The notes under the pieces were generated by a model that searched no databases, was not told the origin of the DNA, and saw only the letters and a list, made by a program, of their open reading frames with translations. DNA of 64,000 bases from an uncultured Flavobacteriaceae bacterium (GTDB lineage: Bacteria; Bacteroidota; Bacteroidia; Flavobacteriales; Flavobacteriaceae), in NCBI GenBank assembly GCA_964579505.1, contig CAZOGC010000015.1, forward strand, positions 1,603 through 65,602, read 5' to 3'. Of this stretch, positions 60,072 to 64,000 are shown in pieces. The translations under genes were made by a program, and so were the position numbers. Position 1 is the first letter of the stretch; each line of letters opens with the position of its first letter.

Positions 60072-61216
60072 TGGAAGAAGCAAAGAAATTTAAACCGAAA
60101 AAAAGCGTAGCACTTTCCGGAGTAGCTGCCGGAAATACAGCATTAGCAACGGTAGGGCAAAACGGAAACGAATTGCACTACCGCGGGTATGATATTATGG
60201 ATTTGGCTGAAAAGTCAGAGTTTGAAGAGGTAGCTTATTTGTTGATTTATGGAAAATTACCCGATTTTTCAGAATTGGCAAAATATAAAGCAAAGTTGCG
60301 TTCTTACCGTGGATTGCCTCAGTGTTTAAAAGATATATTAAAACAAATACCGGCTGCCGCTCACCCTATGGATGTGTTGCGCACCAGCACCTCGGTTTTG
60401 GGAACTCTTCTTCCTGAAAAAGAAGAACACAACTTGGCTGAAGCCAAAGACATTGCCGATCGATTGTTGGCTTCTTTTGCCTCTGCATTGTTATATTGGT
60501 ATCACTATTCGCATAATGGAAGAGAAATAGAAGTAGAGACAGAAGACTTGTCAATAGGAGGACACTTTTTACACTTGTTGCACGGCAAAAAGCCCTCTCA
60601 TTCTTGGGTGAGAGCCATGAACGTTTCACTAAACCTCTATGCAGAACACGAGTTTAATGCTTCCACCTTTACTAGCCGAGTAATAGCCGGTACAGGATCT
60701 GATATTTATTCAGCTATTACCGGAGCCATAGGCGCTTTACGAGGGCCCAAGCACGGAGGAGCCAATGAGGTGGCTTACACCATTCAAAGTAGATATAAGA
60801 GTCCTGATGAGGCAGAAGAAGATATTAAGAAGCGTATGGCTCGTAAAGAAATCATTATTGGGTTTGGGCATCCGGTTTATACCGTATCAGACCCGCGTAA
60901 TGTAGTTATAAAAGGTGTTGCCAAACGCTTGGCTAAAGAATCGGCTGATACCTTATTGTTTGATGTGGCTGAACGTATTGAATCTGTTATGTGGGAGCAA
61001 AAGAAGATGTTCCCTAACCTAGATTGGTTCTCAGCGGTTTCATACCACCAAATGGATATTCCTACGCTTATGTTTACCCCACTTTTTGTAATGGCGCGAA
61101 GTGCAGGTTGGTGTGCGCATGTGTTAGAACAACGCCAAGACGGTAAGATAATTCGCCCTAGTGCTAATTATGTGGGGCCTGAAAATCAAAAATTCGTACC
61201 GATTGAAAAACGATAA
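60068..61216 (+). CDS. prpC: 2-methylcitrate synthase (citrate synthase family)
   Basis: GFGHPVY and GPKHGGAN citrate-synthase motifs. ATGA overlap with prpB. Confidence 0.9.
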   Translation: MMEEAKKFKPKKSVALSGVAAGNTALATVGQNGNELHYRGYDIMDLAEKSEFEEVAYLLIYGKLPDFSELAKYKAKLRSYRGLPQCLKDILKQIPAAAHPMDVLRTSTSVLGTLLPEKEEHNLAEAKDIADRLLASFASALLYWYHYSHNGREIEVETEDLSIGGHFLHLLHGKKPSHSWVRAMNVSLNLYAEHEFNASTFTSRVIAGTGSDIYSAITGAIGALRGPKHGGANEVAYTIQSRYKSPDEAEEDIKKRMARKEIIIGFGHPVYTVSDPRNVVIKGVAKRLAKESADTLLFDVAERIESVMWEQKKMFPNLDWFSAVSYHQMDIPTLMFTPLFVMARSAGWCAHVLEQRQDGKIIRPSANYVGPENQKFVPIEKR

Positions 61217-61254
61217 AAAATTTTAAAAAACAATATAAATTCAACAAAAAATAC

Positions 61255-62706
61255 ATGGCAATTAATAAGTCTACAGTAAGACCGGAACCCGATCAGGTTC
61301 TACAAGATATAGCAGATTATGTAGTAAACTACGAAGTGAAAAGCGATTTGGCTTGGAAAACAGCTCAATATGACGTGTTAGACGCTATTGGCTGTGGATT
61401 GGAGGCTCTGACTTTTCCGGCGTGTCAAAAATTAATGGGCCCCATTGTAAAAGGTACTCGTGTTCTCAATGGATCAAAAGTGCCTGGCACACAGTTTCAG
61501 TTAGACCCGGTTCAAGCAGCGTTTAATATAGGTTGTATGAATCGGTGGCTAGATTTTAATGATACTTTTTTAGCCGCAGAATGGGGACATCCATCTGATA
61601 ATTTAGGAGGAATTTTAGCCGTAGCCGATTGGTTATCACGTACTAATTTGGTCAACGGAAACAAGCCCCTAAAAATGAAAAAAGTACTGGAAGGCTTGAT
61701 TAAGGCGTTAGAAATTCAGGGCTGCCTGGCACTAGAGAATTCTTTTAATGCTGTAGGATTAGACCATGTTATTCTGGTAAAAATTGCTTCTACAGCAGTG
61801 GTAGCAGAAATGTTGGGGCTGAATAGAGATGAAATTATCAACGCACTTTCATTGGCTTTTGTTGATGGCCAATCGTTGCGTACATACAGACATGCTCCTA
61901 ATGCCGGAAGCAGAAAATCTTGGGCGGCCGGAGATGCTACCTCGCGTGCTGTGCGTTTGGCATTAATAGCCAAAACCGGTGAGATGGGGTATCCTTCAGT
62001 CTTAACAGCTAAAACATGGGGTTTTTATGATGTTTCTTTTAAAGGAAAAGAATTTAAATTTCAACGAGATTATGGAACATATGTGATGGAGAATGTGCTG
62101 TTCAAGGTTTCTTTCCCGGCTGAGTTTCATGCACAAACGGCAGCTGAAGCAGCCATGACCTTACACGGGTTATTAGTAGAAAATGGAAAGAGTGCAGATG
62201 ATATAGAGAAAATCACTATCCGAACACACGAGGCTGCCATTCGTATTATTGATAAAACAGGACCGTTAAATAACCCGGCAGACCGTGACCACTGTATTCA
62301 ATATATGATTGCCATTCCGTTGCTTTATGGAAGATTGACGGCTGCCGATTACGAAGATGACGTGGCAGCAGACCCGCGTATTGATGCACTTCGCGAAAGA
62401 ATGGAGACAGTTGAAGATGCTCAATTTACAAAAGACTATCACGACCCGAAAAAAAGATCGATTGCCAACGGACTTACCATTACCTTTAAAGACGGAACGA
62501 CCTTAGACGAAGTCTTAGTTGAATATCCAATTGGGCATAAACGAAGAAGAGACGAGGGTTTTCCAAACTTAATTAAGAAGTTTAAAACCAATTTAGGGCG
62601 TGTTTTTCCTGAAAAACAACAACGTGAAATACTAGAAAACACGCTAGATTATGAAACCCTCATCAATCTAGATGTAAACGTGTTTATGGATTTATTTGAG
62701 ATATAA
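61255..62706 (+). CDS. prpD: 2-methylcitrate dehydratase (MmgE/PrpD family)
   Basis: 483 aa with the PrpD-family pattern, following prpC. Confidence 0.9.
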   Translation: MAINKSTVRPEPDQVLQDIADYVVNYEVKSDLAWKTAQYDVLDAIGCGLEALTFPACQKLMGPIVKGTRVLNGSKVPGTQFQLDPVQAAFNIGCMNRWLDFNDTFLAAEWGHPSDNLGGILAVADWLSRTNLVNGNKPLKMKKVLEGLIKALEIQGCLALENSFNAVGLDHVILVKIASTAVVAEMLGLNRDEIINALSLAFVDGQSLRTYRHAPNAGSRKSWAAGDATSRAVRLALIAKTGEMGYPSVLTAKTWGFYDVSFKGKEFKFQRDYGTYVMENVLFKVSFPAEFHAQTAAEAAMTLHGLLVENGKSADDIEKITIRTHEAAIRIIDKTGPLNNPADRDHCIQYMIAIPLLYGRLTAADYEDDVAADPRIDALRERMETVEDAQFTKDYHDPKKRSIANGLTITFKDGTTLDEVLVEYPIGHKRRRDEGFPNLIKKFKTNLGRVFPEKQQREILENTLDYETLINLDVNVFMDLFEI

Positions 62707-62716
62707 AAGACCCAAA

Positions 62717-63040
62717 ATGAATAATAAAACCTTCTCAATTATATCGTATATTACCATCATAGGTTGGCTATTAGCTTATTATATACAAAAAGAAACGACA
62801 GATAATTTTAGAAGATTTCATCTTAAACAATCTTTAGGGCTGGCAATAGCCACCTTTGCGGCAGATATAATTTTAAATCTTTTGGTACCTATAGGCTCGG
62901 TGTTAATTCCTTTAAGTGCACTGGTAGGAGCGGCTTTACTTGTTTTGTTGATTATAGGTGTTTTAAATGCGGCTAAAGGAGAGCAAAAACTCTTACCTTT
63001 AATTGGGAAGATTTCAGCAGAGAAGATTAATTTTCTCTAA
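62717..63040 (+). CDS. Small membrane protein (three predicted TM helices)
   Basis: Start set at ATG 62717 (MNNKTFSIISYITIIGWLLAYYI). Hydrophobic profile only. Confidence 0.5.
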   Translation: MNNKTFSIISYITIIGWLLAYYIQKETTDNFRRFHLKQSLGLAIATFAADIILNLLVPIGSVLIPLSALVGAALLVLLIIGVLNAAKGEQKLLPLIGKISAEKINFL

Positions 63041-63095
63041 TGGTAACAACTGTGTCGCCCTAAAAAGCCACCACATATTTATTTACAAAATAATT

Positions 63096-63137
63096 AAAAA
63101 CTAAGCTAGCGAAGTTAATTTCTCTAGCTTAGTTTTT
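63096..63137. terminator. Bidirectional intrinsic terminator between convergent genes
   Basis: 14-bp perfect stem AAAAACTAAGCTAG / CTAGCTTAGTTTTT around a 14-nt loop. Confidence 0.7.
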
Positions 63138-63298
63138 ATGAGCTCTAATTTTTGTCTATTGGAGTAATGGGAACCGCATGTCGTTATATTCTTTAAGGGC
63201 ATCTTCTACAAACCCTTATTTGAGGATTCCATTTTCTTCGTATACCGATTGTTATTGAAGTTGAATAAAAGAGATCTCTTTTATCTGAACTAGTTGTT

Positions 63299-64000
63299 TT
63301 AGATTTTTATCATAGGTACTTCCATTAATAAAAACGCTGTGTTTTCTTGTGCTTCAATTGCAAATGAATCAACTTCTTCTATACCAAGTCCATCCCTTTT
63401 TTCTAATAGTTGATTACCAATTTTTATGGTTCCTTCTACAACAAATACGTAAACCCCATTCCCACTTTTTTTAAGTGTAAATGTTTTTTGGGTGCCTTTG
63501 TCAAAATTGGCCCAAAAGAACCATGCATCTTGATGAATCCAGGCCCCTTCGTCTTCTTTGTTTGGTGAAACGATTTGTTGAAAATTATTAAGTTTGGCAT
63601 TGTCTGCAATAGTAAGCTCGTCATATCTTGGTGTAACCCCCATTTTTCGAGGAATAACCCAAATTTGAAGAAGTTCGACATCTTCGGTTTGATTGCCATT
63701 TATTTCGCTGTGAAAAATACCGGTACCGGCACTCATTACTTGTACTTGTCCCTTTATAATAGAGCCACTGTTGCCCATACTATCACCATGTGTTAGTTTG
63801 CCTTTAAGAGGAATACTGATAATTTCCATATCGCGATGTGGATGCTGTCCAAAACCTTTACCGCCCTGAATGGTATCGTCATTTAAAACGCGTAGCGCGC
63901 CAAAATGCAGCCTCTCAGGATCGTAGTAATTAGCAAAACTAAAGGTGTGGTAGGTGTTTAACCACCCGTGGTTGGCGTGTCCTCTACTATTGGCTTTGTG
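63299..64000 (-). CDS. Pirin-family protein (5' end outside window)
   Basis: The frame stays open to the window edge. The upstream translation ...HANHGWLNTYHTFSFANYYDPERLHFGALRVLNDDTIQGGKGFGQHPHRDMEIISIPLKG carries the pirin cupin His motif. Confidence 0.85.
   Translation of the reverse strand, partial: HKANSRGHANHGWLNTYHTFSFANYYDPERLHFGALRVLNDDTIQGGKGFGQHPHRDMEIISIPLKGKLTHGDSMGNSGSIIKGQVQVMSAGTGIFHSEINGNQTEDVELLQIWVIPRKMGVTPRYDELTIADNAKLNNFQQIVSPNKEDEGAWIHQDAWFFWANFDKGTQKTFTLKKSGNGVYVFVVEGTIKIGNQLLEKRDGLGIEEVDSFAIEAQENTAFLLMEVPMIKI

Noticed and set aside
63267-63282. 16-bp perfect palindrome AAAAGAGATCTCTTTT downstream of the pirin gene
   Set aside because: It is AT-rich and leaves essentially no loop (a GATC centre). 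That is too weak to call a terminator or an operator.
1-64000. CRISPR arrays, IS elements or transposases, integrases, rRNA genes and prophage genes
   Set aside because: I saw no regularly spaced direct repeats and no DDE or tyrosine/serine recombinase-like translations in the ORF track. I also saw no rRNA-like sequence.

Overview
The window looks like a chromosomal segment from an AT-rich Bacteroidota genome, most likely Flavobacteriia. Three things point that way. Many genes are preceded by the TAnnTTTG -7 promoter box. Shine-Dalgarno sequences are absent. The maf / UbiA-like / kdsC / DUF2520 gene order is typical of flavobacteria. All calls rest on reading the ORF translations for family motifs by eye; no searches were run.

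Most of the window is tightly packed housekeeping sequence:
- typA (3' end)
- a mannoside and N-glycan trimming cluster (esterase, MFS sugar permease, GH92 alpha-mannosidase, GH2 beta-mannosidase)
- a TonB-dependent receptor
- tRNA-Leu(GAG) and tRNA-Lys(UUU)
- aroK, pepE, maf, kdsC, msrA, lolD, corA, a polyprenyl synthase, der, guaB, rsmG
- an acyl-CoA ligase, a thioesterase, rmuC, hpf
- a fluoride riboswitch with crcB, and the membrane pyrophosphatase hppA
- gap, pfkA, ilvE
- galT-galK-galM facing a sodium:sugar symporter
- trxB, the methylcitrate operon prpB-prpC-prpD, and a pirin (5' end outside the window)

The accessory content is small:
- a type III restriction-modification pair (mod-res, 1264..5884)
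- a GNAT/DUF1778 (TacAT-like) toxin-antitoxin pair (14661..15451)
- an HTH-Fic fusion gene (21615..22688)
- an AT-rich stretch beside the tRNAs carrying one orphan ORF

I saw no CRISPR array, transposase, integrase, rRNA or prophage genes. I did not find a convincing multi-gene system of an unrecognised type.

The features I could not explain, in rough order of interest:
1. A ~125-nt imperfect inverted repeat built from TTGCA(A/G) modules, lying in the apparent leader of mod-res.
2. A REP-like palindrome carried in frame inside mod.
3. GTCAT repeat sites at the start of the HTH-Fic gene.
4. A UbiA-family paralogue that has lost both Asp-rich catalytic motifs.
5. A 546-bp stretch with no ORF.
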